IMG/VR virus record: IMGVR_UViG_3300045146_000200 | Location: 1 to 57,326 of that record | Length of the DNA: 57,326 nucleotides | Source: a virus | Lineage: Duplodnaviria > Caudoviricetes | Direction: 5' to 3' (one strand) | Part shown: piece by piece, positions 9,006-17,683 of the stretch | Layout of the letters: every line of letters begins with the position of its first letter | How positions within the stretch are numbered: position 1 is the stretch's first letter | Translations under genes and position numbers: made by a program | Notes under the pieces: model-generated | Databases searched by the model: none | The model's input: the letters and a program-made list of their open reading frames with translations, nothing else | Told to the model about the DNA's origin: nothing

Positions 9006-9733
9006 CTTGGGTTGACGACCTCAAGACCAAGGAGTGGCAGCTTTACTCTCAGCATGGCGAGGATGGGATCTCGCTCACTATCCTGCCGCACCTGTGCAGG
9101 AGAGGCGTCGCCCTGGAAATTGGCGCGGGCAATGGCGACCAGAACAATACCCGCATTCTCAGCGATGTCTGCGGATGGCTGTGCTACTGTTTCGACGGCA
9201 AGTGGGGGAATGAGCGCGTCAACAAAGTACACGTCACCAGAGACAATATGAAGGATGTCGTCAAATGGGCCAAATTCGGTGGCAATGACCCATTCGACGT
9301 GGTTTCCATAGACGTAGACGGCGTTGACTGGTGGCTCTGGAAGGCCTTCCTTGAAACTGGCGCGCGCCCGGGTCTGTGCATTCTGGAGTACAACGGAGCG
9401 GTCAGAGGAGACGTAGCCGTGACCGTTCCCTACTCGGATAACTTCCAGTGGGATGGGACGGACTACCATGGGGCGAGTTTGCTGGCCTTCGAGATGCTTG
9501 GACTACAGTACGCGTATCGGCTCGTCTACTGTGAGTCATCGGGGACTAACGCCTTCTTTGTGCATGAGAAGTGCTTGAAAGGCATCGAAGCGCCTAAACT
9601 CCACGATCTCTATCGCCGTCGTCACGTCGAGTTCGGGTGGCGACCCGATCTGCCGTGGCAATACGTGTTCTCCGAACTCGGCACTTCCGAGCTACGGCCG
9701 TTCACAAGGCAGGAAATAGGAGCGTTCGCATGA
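9002..9733 (+). CDS. FkbM-like SAM-dependent methyltransferase
   Basis: YSQHGEDGI, LEIGAGNG, SIDVDGVD, EYN, YHGASL, GTNAFFV. Confidence 0.85.
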   Translation: MTWVDDLKTKEWQLYSQHGEDGISLTILPHLCRRGVALEIGAGNGDQNNTRILSDVCGWLCYCFDGKWGNERVNKVHVTRDNMKDVVKWAKFGGNDPFDVVSIDVDGVDWWLWKAFLETGARPGLCILEYNGAVRGDVAVTVPYSDNFQWDGTDYHGASLLAFEMLGLQYAYRLVYCESSGTNAFFVHEKCLKGIEAPKLHDLYRRRHVEFGWRPDLPWQYVFSELGTSELRPFTRQEIGAFA

Positions 9734-10134
9734 TCGGCACCAAAGAGCAATGGGAAGCGGTGGTTCGTGGCGTTGGCGAGGTGGTCGCACTGAACTGCGT
9801 CGATGATGGCAAGTACTGGCGATACGACACCCTCTGGCATTCCCCCGATGGCTCGTTCGGGTTCGATACCGTGTTTGTCAAAAAGGACACTCCGTGGTGT
9901 GACGATGCGAAGGATGCCGTAGTCACCAATGCCATCCTCGAAATGACGAAGGCCCCCAATGCCCAGGCGGCCTATCTGTATCTGATTAAGCCGTTCTACG
10001 AGTGCCAGGACCCCGAGAACGAGGACATCAATACGTTCGTCAAGTTGGCCGAGGCTGGATTGCGCAAGTTCGGCCTGACAGAAGATCCGATGCCATGGGA
10101 GGTGGAGAGTGAATCCGACCGCGCCCAAAGTTGA
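9730..10134 (+). CDS. Hypothetical acidic protein
   Basis: ATGA coupling, AGGAG RBS. Confidence 0.65.
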   Translation: MIGTKEQWEAVVRGVGEVVALNCVDDGKYWRYDTLWHSPDGSFGFDTVFVKKDTPWCDDAKDAVVTNAILEMTKAPNAQAAYLYLIKPFYECQDPENEDINTFVKLAEAGLRKFGLTEDPMPWEVESESDRAQS

Positions 10135-10345
10135 CGCACAGAAGTTCATCAAGGAATGGCAGCGAGGCGTTCCCGTGAAGGACATTGCCGCGGCGTTCAA
10201 GATTGACCCCGTGCGTGTCCGGGCGATTGCGCACGTCCTGCGAAGCCATGGCGTAAACCTCGAGTTGCGCAAGCCAGGACGGCCTCCAAACGAGTTGGAC
10301 ACCAAGGGACGTTCGTACGAAGACCTGGCCAAGATGACGAGGTGA
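10109..10345 (+). CDS. Small helix-turn-helix protein
   Basis: GVPVKDIAAAFKIDPVRVRAIA. Confidence 0.65.
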   Translation: MNPTAPKVDAQKFIKEWQRGVPVKDIAAAFKIDPVRVRAIAHVLRSHGVNLELRKPGRPPNELDTKGRSYEDLAKMTR

Positions 10346-10351
10346 TAAATC

Positions 10352-10540
10352 ATGGGGAGGCTTTCATTCCGTGTCAGTTTCAACGACGTGAAGTGGAAAT
10401 GGATGAGGTGCCTTCGGTGTGGTCGGAAGTTCTGGACGCACAAAGGGCGGCGCATCTGCTCGAAGCACAACAAGATTACTCGGTCCGGAGTAATTGCCCC
10501 AAAAGTCTATCGAAATATCCAGGAGGGAAAACATGCGTAA
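10352..10540 (+). CDS. Small zinc-ribbon protein
   Basis: CLRCGRKFW...RICSKH. Confidence 0.6.
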   Translation: MGRLSFRVSFNDVKWKWMRCLRCGRKFWTHKGRRICSKHNKITRSGVIAPKVYRNIQEGKHA

Positions 10541-11513
10541 GGTGAGCCAAGAGGCTATTGCTCAGGCCGTCGAGGTGATACGAAGTGAAGACGGTATTGC
10601 CCCGCGCGTTGCCATCGCCGGGGATCTCATTCTGGACAGATACGTCATGGGGACTGTCAGCCGTATCAGCCCGGAGGCCCCTGTGCCGGTGTTCGATGTC
10701 GTGGAAGAGTACTACAGGCCGGGTGGGGCAGGGAACGTGGCGATGAACTGCCGAGACCTTGGTGCAAACGAGTGGTTGTATGCGGCTTTCTCCGGCACAT
10801 ATACTTGGCGAGAGATCGCGGCCATTGACAGACGGTACGTGAGTCATTACCTCGCGTCCTCTTCCAAGCCGCCGATCATGAAGACCAGGTACATGGCTGG
10901 GCAGCATCAACTCCTCCGCGTGGACAGGGACTACGGGGTGGAACTCTGCGAGAATTCCAGGAACGCCTTTTTGTGCAACATCAACGGGATCAGCAATCTC
11001 ACGCTCATCATTTCCGATTACAACAAGGGCACGCTGGACGGTATGCGCGAGGATATAGTCCGTATCGCCAAGAAGCAGAACTGCCTCGTCCTTGTGGACA
11101 GCAAGTCGCCCACATGGAGCTTCTACACCCGGTCTGACGTATTCATGCCGAACCGCAAGGAGTTCGAGGCTGTCCGGGGGAAATGCAGGGACTTGCAACA
11201 CATCGCTGACGAGGCCGAGATTACCAAGGACTTCGAGACGATCATTGTCACCCTCGGGTCTGATGGAATGCTCTTGTGCCAGAAGGGGCAAGAGCCGGTT
11301 CACATTGAAGCGACGGCAAGGGCGGTGTTCGATGTTTGCGGCGCGGGGGATACAGCTATCGCCGCTCTTGCCGTCCTTCTTCAACTTGGATGCGGCATGG
11401 AAGCGGCGACGTGGGGGGCGAATCTGGCCGCAGGGATCAAGGTGGAAAAGATTGGGACGGCTACAGTCACTCGGGAAGAATGGAGGAAGGCATGCAATGA
11501 AACTCACACTTGA
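10533..11513 (+). CDS. rfaE1: Heptose-7-phosphate kinase (stand-alone HldE/RfaE domain I, PfkB family)
   Basis: GDLILDRY..G.VSRISPEAPVPV, GGAGNVA, QLLRVD, SDYNKG, PNRKEF, DVCGAGDT. Confidence 0.93.
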   Translation: MRKVSQEAIAQAVEVIRSEDGIAPRVAIAGDLILDRYVMGTVSRISPEAPVPVFDVVEEYYRPGGAGNVAMNCRDLGANEWLYAAFSGTYTWREIAAIDRRYVSHYLASSSKPPIMKTRYMAGQHQLLRVDRDYGVELCENSRNAFLCNINGISNLTLIISDYNKGTLDGMREDIVRIAKKQNCLVLVDSKSPTWSFYTRSDVFMPNRKEFEAVRGKCRDLQHIADEAEITKDFETIIVTLGSDGMLLCQKGQEPVHIEATARAVFDVCGAGDTAIAALAVLLQLGCGMEAATWGANLAAGIKVEKIGTATVTREEWRKACNETHT

Positions 11514-11754
11514 AGGTCAATCCCTTGGCTCATCTCCCGCTCGAAGGGTCTGCGTCGAGGAGTACTGTGATAGTTGGGATGCTGCCGCGCTCGTCGAGAA
11601 CTTCCAGTCACTCATGCTGGCTTGGGGATATCCTCCAGACGTGGTTGACGAGGCATTCCTGAGTGCCCGGCGAGTTGGTATTACCAGCAAAGAGCGGCAC
11701 GATATGACCAACATCGCCCCGAAAATCCTGCACAGAAAGGGAGGTAGAACATGA
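11497..11754 (+). CDS. Hypothetical protein
   Basis: GGAGG RBS; overlaps neighbours in operon fashion. Confidence 0.55.
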   Translation: MKLTLEGQSLGSSPARRVCVEEYCDSWDAAALVENFQSLMLAWGYPPDVVDEAFLSARRVGITSKERHDMTNIAPKILHRKGGRT

Positions 11755-11975
11755 AGATCAAAATCAATGGGAGGGGGGTGCTGGAGATTGAACGCAAGGG
11801 TACCATGAAAGCGCAGTTGTGCCCGTATGACAGTAACGCAAATAGACTGTGTGGCGACTTGTGCCCGTTGTTCCAGGAGCCGGAGTATGACGAGACCCAT
11901 ACGATAATCACATTCGCCATCTGCAAGACCATTTTTCTCGTTGCTCCCGAGGATTTCACGGACGAAAGGAAGTAG
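11751..11975 (+). CDS. Small Cys-containing protein
   Basis: GGAGG RBS; CPY...CGDLCPLF. Confidence 0.65.
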   Translation: MKIKINGRGVLEIERKGTMKAQLCPYDSNANRLCGDLCPLFQEPEYDETHTIITFAICKTIFLVAPEDFTDERK

Positions 11976-11977
11976 CC

Positions 11978-12748
11978 ATGGAACACGGATGGTGGTTGAT
12001 GGGTGACTACGCCGACAAAAACCGTGATGCCGTTGCCTTTTCATCTATAGCAATTTCTCGCGGTCCGGCACGATCTGGCGGAAATGTTGCTGACGTGCGC
12101 GGCGCAACCAAGTCCTGGCAGGAGGCCCTAGCGTGGGTGCGGGACGGGAAGCTGCCGAAAAATGCCGCCGAGCCGGAGCGCGCCGAACGTAGGCAGTCGC
12201 CCGCAAGTGCCGACGTTGAGTGGCAAAGCCTCGCGTGCGATCTGCTGCGGCTACTGTTACCTAGCCGAGTACACGGCTGCCTGTGCGCGAAATGTTTGCG
12301 CGACGAGATTGCGCTGTATCCCCGGCCAACCACCAAGACATTGAACGATACGGCTCCTGCTCCCGAGCGCGCCACAGAGGTATCCCCCGCGGATACTTCT
12401 GGCGACGCGGAGAGACAGGTTATTCCGCGAGAGCGGGAGCCGTCCTCCGCGTCCGACGCGCACTTTGAGTATTGGTTCTCCCGGAAGTTCGGCATAATTC
12501 CGCCAGAGTCGTCTGGCTCATGGACCGAACGCAAGCTCTGGCTGCATCGCCATGATGCCGCTAATTTGGCCTGGGACGAACAGCAACAACGTTCTGATGA
12601 ACGCGCGGTCAGGGCGTTCGTGCGGGGAGCGAACTTTGAACGCTCACAGTCTAGGTGCACACCAGCCGATCTTGAGGATATGGGCCGCCTGCTTCTGACG
12701 GAGGGCAACCTCGGGGAGGAGCCGAAGCCCGGAAAGGAGCGAGCATGA
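11978..12748 (+). CDS. Hypothetical mosaic protein
   Basis: Long ORF in operon with CxCxxC motif and low-complexity linkers. Confidence 0.6.
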   Translation: MEHGWWLMGDYADKNRDAVAFSSIAISRGPARSGGNVADVRGATKSWQEALAWVRDGKLPKNAAEPERAERRQSPASADVEWQSLACDLLRLLLPSRVHGCLCAKCLRDEIALYPRPTTKTLNDTAPAPERATEVSPADTSGDAERQVIPREREPSSASDAHFEYWFSRKFGIIPPESSGSWTERKLWLHRHDAANLAWDEQQQRSDERAVRAFVRGANFERSQSRCTPADLEDMGRLLLTEGNLGEEPKPGKERA

Positions 12749-12987
12749 AGCGGCGCATAGATCCAGTACCGGAATGGGAAGAGGAACCTGTCCGCTGCGA
12801 TGATGGCGCCGGCGGGATCGTGTGGTGCGGAAGGTTCCGGTATCTCGGGCGCATGGCTAATGGGGAAGAATACGAAGACGTTGACGTTGACGAAAAGAAC
12901 CCGCCGCTCGACATACCGAATGCTGTCCCGGTCTGTGTAGACGGAACGTGGTATTGGGATGATGAGCCGGGAAAGGAGCGAACATGA
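12745..12987 (+). CDS. Hypothetical acidic protein
   Basis: AAGGAG RBS, ATGA coupling. Confidence 0.6.
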   Translation: MKRRIDPVPEWEEEPVRCDDGAGGIVWCGRFRYLGRMANGEEYEDVDVDEKNPPLDIPNAVPVCVDGTWYWDDEPGKERT

Positions 12988-13298
12988 GCGTTTACGTTGA
13001 CCCGATGCAACCGTGCATCCCCAACGAGAGGTGGCCTCGACGGCAGGTTGCTCATATGTGGGCTGACACTCAGGGCGAGTTACACGCCATGGCCGCGCGG
13101 CTCAGTTTGCGGTTGAAGTGGCACCAGCCAAGTAAGCCGTGTCCATCGGGACACTACGACTTGACAGACTGTATGCGAATCTGCGCGATCCGCTTGGGTG
13201 CCATCGAGCTTACGCGAGAGCAAGCCGTGGAGTCGTGGGAGGAACTTAGGGAGTTTGGGCCGGAAGCGAAGTTGCGAACGGGGGATAAGCGAGCATGA
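12984..13298 (+). CDS. DUF4031-family protein
   Basis: VYVD, HMWADT..ELHAMAARL, HYDLT, AIRLGA. Confidence 0.85.
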   Translation: MSVYVDPMQPCIPNERWPRRQVAHMWADTQGELHAMAARLSLRLKWHQPSKPCPSGHYDLTDCMRICAIRLGAIELTREQAVESWEELREFGPEAKLRTGDKRA

Positions 13299-13331
13299 GC
13301 GACACACTGTTAAACCCCAAAGGAGGAAGCC

Positions 13332-13511
13332 ATGAATCGACGCAAGATGCTGGCGATCAATAGTTGTTCCGACTGTCCCCATTTGGGGTACGACGGGCGG
13401 CGTACGGTGTGTTGTGAAGCCTCCACAAAGACTGGCAATCGCAAAATTCGTCCAGGCTATCGCATTCCTGTTTGGTGCCCACTGCCTGATGCGCCGGAGG
13501 AGAAAGCATGA
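13332..13511 (+). CDS. Small Cys-rich protein (59 aa, below ORF-track cutoff)
   Basis: AGGAGG RBS; CSDCPH...IPVWCPL. Confidence 0.65.
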   Translation: MNRRKMLAINSCSDCPHLGYDGRRTVCCEASTKTGNRKIRPGYRIPVWCPLPDAPEEKA

Positions 13512-13828
13512 CCAGCGAACATGACATTGAAGTCATCCTTCCGTTGGTGGTGACGGTGAAATATTACCCGGGTAGACCCCCTCCTCATTGCTCGAATCCT
13601 GATTCTCCTGGCTACTCGGACCCGGGAGACTCTGATGAAATCGAGATTGTCAATATTCGTTGGCAGAGCGGCAAAACAGTGACCCCGGAACAGGAACAGC
13701 AGATCGCGCACCTGTGTCGTGAAACGGATATCGGATCTCTGTATTCCTGGATCGAGGAACAGCTTCTGGAATCGGCACGCCAGCATTGCATTGATCGCCA
13801 TGACAATCCCCCGGAAGATGACGACTAG
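13508..13828 (+). CDS. Hypothetical acidic protein
   Basis: ATGA coupling, GGAGG RBS. Confidence 0.65.
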   Translation: MTSEHDIEVILPLVVTVKYYPGRPPPHCSNPDSPGYSDPGDSDEIEIVNIRWQSGKTVTPEQEQQIAHLCRETDIGSLYSWIEEQLLESARQHCIDRHDNPPEDDD

Positions 13829-13881
13829 GACGCATTCCGGGAGATGGCAAGGAAAGCGTTTGCGCCCAAGGATGTTGAGCC

Positions 13882-14130
13882 ATGACCAAGCAAAATTGTA
13901 AATCCAAATCCGCGCAGCCATTCCAAGTAGGCGACAAAGTGCTTTGTACGTTCCACCCGGAATGGGCGCATATCGTTCGAGCGGTTACGTTTATCGCTAA
14001 GGACGCCGATTACGGCAGCGGCTGGAGGGTGTGTGCGGACGATGGCTATTTGCATTACAAGTGGCGGTTCGCGATGCCGATTGTTTGGGTCGATTCCGGG
14101 TGGTTCACGAAAATCGAAGGGGGAAAATGA
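13882..14130 (+). CDS. Hypothetical SH3-like small protein
   Basis: FQVGDKV...VDSGWF; coupled to downstream MTase. Confidence 0.55.
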   Translation: MTKQNCKSKSAQPFQVGDKVLCTFHPEWAHIVRAVTFIAKDADYGSGWRVCADDGYLHYKWRFAMPIVWVDSGWFTKIEGGK

Positions 14131-14792
14131 TGCCTGACCTTGACGCGCGTTTTCCAGACTGGCCAACTGGGCTTTTCCGGTGCATCGTCGCTGACCCACC
14201 GTGGCAGATGAAGTTTGGCGAAGACCGTCACCGCGATAGGCGGCCATCAACCGGGAGCCCGAAGGGGACATGGAGCAACCCGCGAATGGATTACCCGACC
14301 ATGACGCTTCCCGAAATTGAGGCGATGCCGGTCGCAGAAGTGGCCGACAAGGACGCGCACCTGTACCTTTGGACGATCAATCGCTACATCGAGCAGGCAT
14401 ACCGCGTGGCGCGGGCGTGGGGGTTCCGCCCCGTGTGCTTGCTGACGTGGGCCAAGGCGCCGCGAGGTTTGGGGCTGGGTGGAATTTTCGTTCAGACAAC
14501 GGAACATATCCTGTTCGCACGACGAGGAATGCTGAAGGCTTTGCGCCGCGAGCCGTCAACGTGGTGGAACTGGACGAGGCCGGAAGTCGCAACAGGGCCG
14601 AAACACTCGCGTAAGCCGGAGGATTTTCAGGCGCTGGTGGAGACTGTGAGTCCTGGTCCCCGACTTGAACTGTTCGCCCGCCGTCTGCGGCCCGGATGGA
14701 CTTGCTGGGGAAACGAAGTAGACGGGCACACGGCACAGAGTGTATCCGGTCCTGCCAGCCTGAAGTCTATGTCGCAAGGGGAACTGTTCTAA
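14127..14792 (+). CDS. MT-A70 family N6-adenine methyltransferase
   Basis: IVADPPW, YPTM, LYLWT, TEHILF, HSRKP, LELFAR, WGNE. Confidence 0.93.
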   Translation: MMPDLDARFPDWPTGLFRCIVADPPWQMKFGEDRHRDRRPSTGSPKGTWSNPRMDYPTMTLPEIEAMPVAEVADKDAHLYLWTINRYIEQAYRVARAWGFRPVCLLTWAKAPRGLGLGGIFVQTTEHILFARRGMLKALRREPSTWWNWTRPEVATGPKHSRKPEDFQALVETVSPGPRLELFARRLRPGWTCWGNEVDGHTAQSVSGPASLKSMSQGELF

Positions 14793-14809
14793 CTTACCGG
14801 AGGTTGATT

Positions 14810-15058
14810 ATGAAGACTGAAGAGGAGTTTTTCGCCGCAGTCGAGACCGTGGAAAGGAATGGTCGCATAATTACCCTCGCAGATCATGTGTGCGGAAACT
14901 GCGATTCGCCAGCTCGCGTCCTGATCGAAAATCGAGATACATTACGGCGCGTTTATCTGTGCGGCCTGTGCCTAGCTCGATTTGAGAAGCGTGACTTCAC
15001 CGGCCTTCCGGCGTGTGCCGGGTGCTTCAAGAGGCCACTACCTGCGTTCATGGAGTGA
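14810..15058 (+). CDS. Small Cys-rich protein
   Basis: GGAGG RBS; three CxxC motifs. Confidence 0.6.
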   Translation: MKTEEEFFAAVETVERNGRIITLADHVCGNCDSPARVLIENRDTLRRVYLCGLCLARFEKRDFTGLPACAGCFKRPLPAFME

Positions 15059-15061
15059 ACT

Positions 15062-15313
15062 ATGAAACACATTTACCAGTCCTTTTCAGAGATTGCGGAA
15101 ACGTTCACCCGGGGCGAGTCTTGGACACATTGCATGAGCAAGCATTCGAGGAACGAATGCGAACCATGGCAACATGGCGTCCATGAGTTCGCTCATTGGT
15201 TGGACGCTTGCGGAGTCAAAATCGTCGAGAACCCGGAAATTTTCGATGTTCTGTGGGACAAGGCGAGAACGTACAAGCCTGACAGTTATATGGAATGCCC
15301 GAAACGCTCATAG
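15062..15313 (+). CDS. Hypothetical protein
   Basis: GGAG RBS; operon packing. Confidence 0.6.
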   Translation: MKHIYQSFSEIAETFTRGESWTHCMSKHSRNECEPWQHGVHEFAHWLDACGVKIVENPEIFDVLWDKARTYKPDSYMECPKRS

Positions 15314-15331
15314 TAGTGACTTTCCTTTTGT

Positions 15332-15592
15332 ATGATCAAGTGCAACGTCTATGTGGCGGCATTACAACCGCAAAGGATGGGTAACATGACCGAAGCAGAG
15401 TTGAAGAACTTCGAGCGCCTGTTCCGCCTCTGCGTCGAGCAAGACGAAGAGGAGCATCGGACCAACAAGCAGCACACCCTCACGGTGTCGAAAAAGGGGC
15501 GTGCGGCCATTACCGCAGCCTATCGTGAGATCGAACACCTGCGGTGGAAGCTCGGGCAGAGCCTGAAGGACTCAAGGAGGCTATACGCATGA
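15332..15592 (+). CDS. Hypothetical protein
   Basis: Operon packing; start uncertain. Confidence 0.5.
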   Translation: MIKCNVYVAALQPQRMGNMTEAELKNFERLFRLCVEQDEEEHRTNKQHTLTVSKKGRAAITAAYREIEHLRWKLGQSLKDSRRLYA

Positions 15593-15960
15593 AACCGACA
15601 GATAACGACTCTGGCTGGTGGTGGTACAAGAATTCCAATGACGCGTGGGTTTGTCTAGAAGTACATCGCGGTGAGGCCAAAATATCCGGTCGGCGCGCCA
15701 TACCTCTTTTTGTACTACCGGATAAGTGGGGCGACAAGATACCATACCCGCATGAGACCAAGGCTACCCCCGAGCCACCGGCCAAGTTCAAGCCCAGGGA
15801 TATCGTGAAGCTGCACAGCTACCAGGCACCTTGGGATGGCTACGTCTTTCTCGCTGCCATCAATGACGAAGTTGGTGTCGTAGCGCCCTACATCGTTTCG
15901 CCGGAGACAAAGGCGCCTCCGTTCATCTGGTGGATGGCGGACATGGAGAGGGTCTCGTAA
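15589..15960 (+). CDS. Hypothetical protein
   Basis: AAGGAGG RBS; ATGA coupling. Confidence 0.6.
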   Translation: MKPTDNDSGWWWYKNSNDAWVCLEVHRGEAKISGRRAIPLFVLPDKWGDKIPYPHETKATPEPPAKFKPRDIVKLHSYQAPWDGYVFLAAINDEVGVVAPYIVSPETKAPPFIWWMADMERVS

Positions 15961-15961
15961 C

Positions 15962-16261
15962 TTGCGCCAGCCAAAGTCCAAACCTACTCGAAAAGAAGCC
16001 CGGAAAGCGAAGATGAGGACGATAGCGGACGAGTTAGCCGACCGTGAACTACTCGAACTTGCGCTGGCCAGTTTGCCCGAGAGGGAGCGCCGGATAGTCA
16101 TCGACAGGTTGAACGACGAGACCCTTAGCAGTGTCGGAAAATCGGTTGGGTTAAGTCGGGATCGAGTGAGGGTGATCCAAAAGGACGCCATCCGCAAACT
16201 CGCAAGATGGTTGCGGTGGCATGGAATGGACGTTCGCACCCATCCCGAACTTTGCAGTTGA
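15962..16261 (+). CDS. Sigma70 region 4-like HTH protein
   Basis: LASLPERERRIV...TLSSVGKSVGLSRDRVRVIQKDAIRKL. Confidence 0.82.
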   Translation: MRQPKSKPTRKEARKAKMRTIADELADRELLELALASLPERERRIVIDRLNDETLSSVGKSVGLSRDRVRVIQKDAIRKLARWLRWHGMDVRTHPELCS

Positions 16262-16286
16262 CAAAGAATTTATCACTTGCTAGCAT
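16258..16286 (+). promoter_or_regulatory. Sigma70 promoter for the replication operon, leaderless first gene
   Basis: TTGACA-17-TAGCAT with extended TG; ATG 7 nt after the -10 box. Confidence 0.75.
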
Positions 16287-16293
16287 GTAGCGC

Positions 16294-16488
16294 ATGACGA
16301 CTCCAATAGAGCCAGTAGAGCCGGTTCGATTCCAGCCCGTCCAGGTCCACAAGGAGACATGGCGAGCCCTTCGCCGCATCGCCGCGGTAACCGACGAACG
16401 CCTCGCCATGCTCGTCACCCGGCTCGTCGAGGCCGAGCACGTCCGGGTCTTCGGCAAGGATTTCAAAGGGAGCAACGACCGGGCGTGA
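16294..16488 (+). CDS. Ribbon-helix-helix-like DNA-binding protein
   Basis: VQVHKETWRALRRIAA...LAMLVTRLVE pattern. Confidence 0.65.
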   Translation: MTTPIEPVEPVRFQPVQVHKETWRALRRIAAVTDERLAMLVTRLVEAEHVRVFGKDFKGSNDRA

Positions 16489-16531
16489 CCCCGAAAGGAG
16501 GTCTGGTGGAAGTAGCAATCCACGACAATCC

Positions 16532-16607
16532 AAGCCCCGCCCTCAGACATGGGGGAGCGTCCCATGTCCAGGCCATGCTACGCCTGCACCAGGGGGCGGG
16601 GCTTTTT
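16532..16607 (+). terminator. Terminator/attenuator hairpin before replication initiator
   Basis: AAGCCCCGCCC / GGGCGGGGCTT stem followed by a T run; encloses an inner 8-bp hairpin. Confidence 0.6.
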
Positions 16608-16623
16608 CTTGAAAGGGGCTCCC

Positions 16624-17673
16624 ATGCCTGAAGACATCAGGATCCACGTCGGGTTCAAAGACCACATCAAGACCAAGAAGCTCCGCAAACGCCTCGGATG
16701 GGAAGGATTGGGGGCACTCATCTACCTGTGGCTGTCCGCAAGAGAATCCAAGCCAAGGGGAGACCTATCCGGGCTATCTGCCGAAGACATCGCCATGATG
16801 GCCGAATGGGAAGGAGATCCTCAACGATTCGTCGATGTACTCGTTGAGATCGGATGGCTAGACAAAGACGAGCAAGGCAACATCAAGCTGCATGACTGGG
16901 AGACATGGAATCGATTCGCTTACTATTCTGAGGAGAGATCAGAGGCCGCGCGCCAAAGTGTTGCCTGTAGGCATGATAGAAAAAATAAGGCTACGAAACG
17001 TAAACGAAACGTATACGAAACGTATACGGATCGTATACAAAACGCTAACGAAACGTCTACGAACCTCTCTACTCCATCTCCTCTTCCTCTTCCTCTTCCA
17101 TCTCCTACTCGTTCAGATCCCCCCGTTGGGGGGCAGGGGGGGAAAGACCAAAAGGCAGAAAGCCAAACAGCCGAAGCCAAACAGCCAAATACCAAGAAGT
17201 TCATACCACCTACAGCAGACGAAGTACGAGCATACGCAGGCTCAATAGGATTCGAGGCACTGAACCCAGAAGGATTCATAGCAAGCTACGAACAGAAAGG
17301 GTGGCGAGTAGGTAGAGCGGCAACTCCCATGAAAGACTGGAAAGCAGCCGTCCGTCTCTGGAAACAGAATGCCTATGACCGAGGTGAATTACCAACTACC
17401 GACCCTGAACCGAAACAGGCCGCCGACTCCAATGGCAGACCTCACACCGCTGCCGAGTTCGCTCAGATCCTCTCCCCCTTCTCTCGCAAGACTCCGAAGG
17501 AACTCAAAGCCTATGCCCCTGACAATATCGTCGCTACCCTGAAGTACCGCCACGCATACCGCCCGGCCTTCGACGATATCCTCGCCTTCTCAACCTTCGC
17601 CTACGACTTCTCGTCCCTCTGTGCCGCCCTGGAGAAAGCCGATGCAGCCCAAGCAGCCGCGGCAAACGCGTAA
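16624..17673 (+). CDS. Phage replication initiator / replisome organizer
   Basis: N-terminal HIKTKKL...LHDWE domain, central iterons and PSPLPLP linker, C-terminal FIPPT..EV...MKDWKAAVRLW; directly upstream of DnaB. Confidence 0.82.
   Translation: MPEDIRIHVGFKDHIKTKKLRKRLGWEGLGALIYLWLSARESKPRGDLSGLSAEDIAMMAEWEGDPQRFVDVLVEIGWLDKDEQGNIKLHDWETWNRFAYYSEERSEAARQSVACRHDRKNKATKRKRNVYETYTDRIQNANETSTNLSTPSPLPLPLPSPTRSDPPVGGQGGKDQKAESQTAEAKQPNTKKFIPPTADEVRAYAGSIGFEALNPEGFIASYEQKGWRVGRAATPMKDWKAAVRLWKQNAYDRGELPTTDPEPKQAADSNGRPHTAAEFAQILSPFSRKTPKELKAYAPDNIVATLKYRHAYRPAFDDILAFSTFAYDFSSLCAALEKADAAQAAAANA
16993..17063 (+). repeat. Six tandem 11-bp iteron-like repeats (ACGAAACGTAT), probable origin
   Basis: Units start at 16993, 17004, 17015, 17026, 17037, 17048; A-rich stretch just upstream. 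Confidence 0.8.
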
Positions 17674-17683
17674 AGCCCCTATC

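Noticed and set aside
16993-17063. 11-bp repeats as a CRISPR or DGR element
   Set aside because: Contiguous repeats without spacers inside an initiator gene, and no reverse transcriptase; ordinary iterons.
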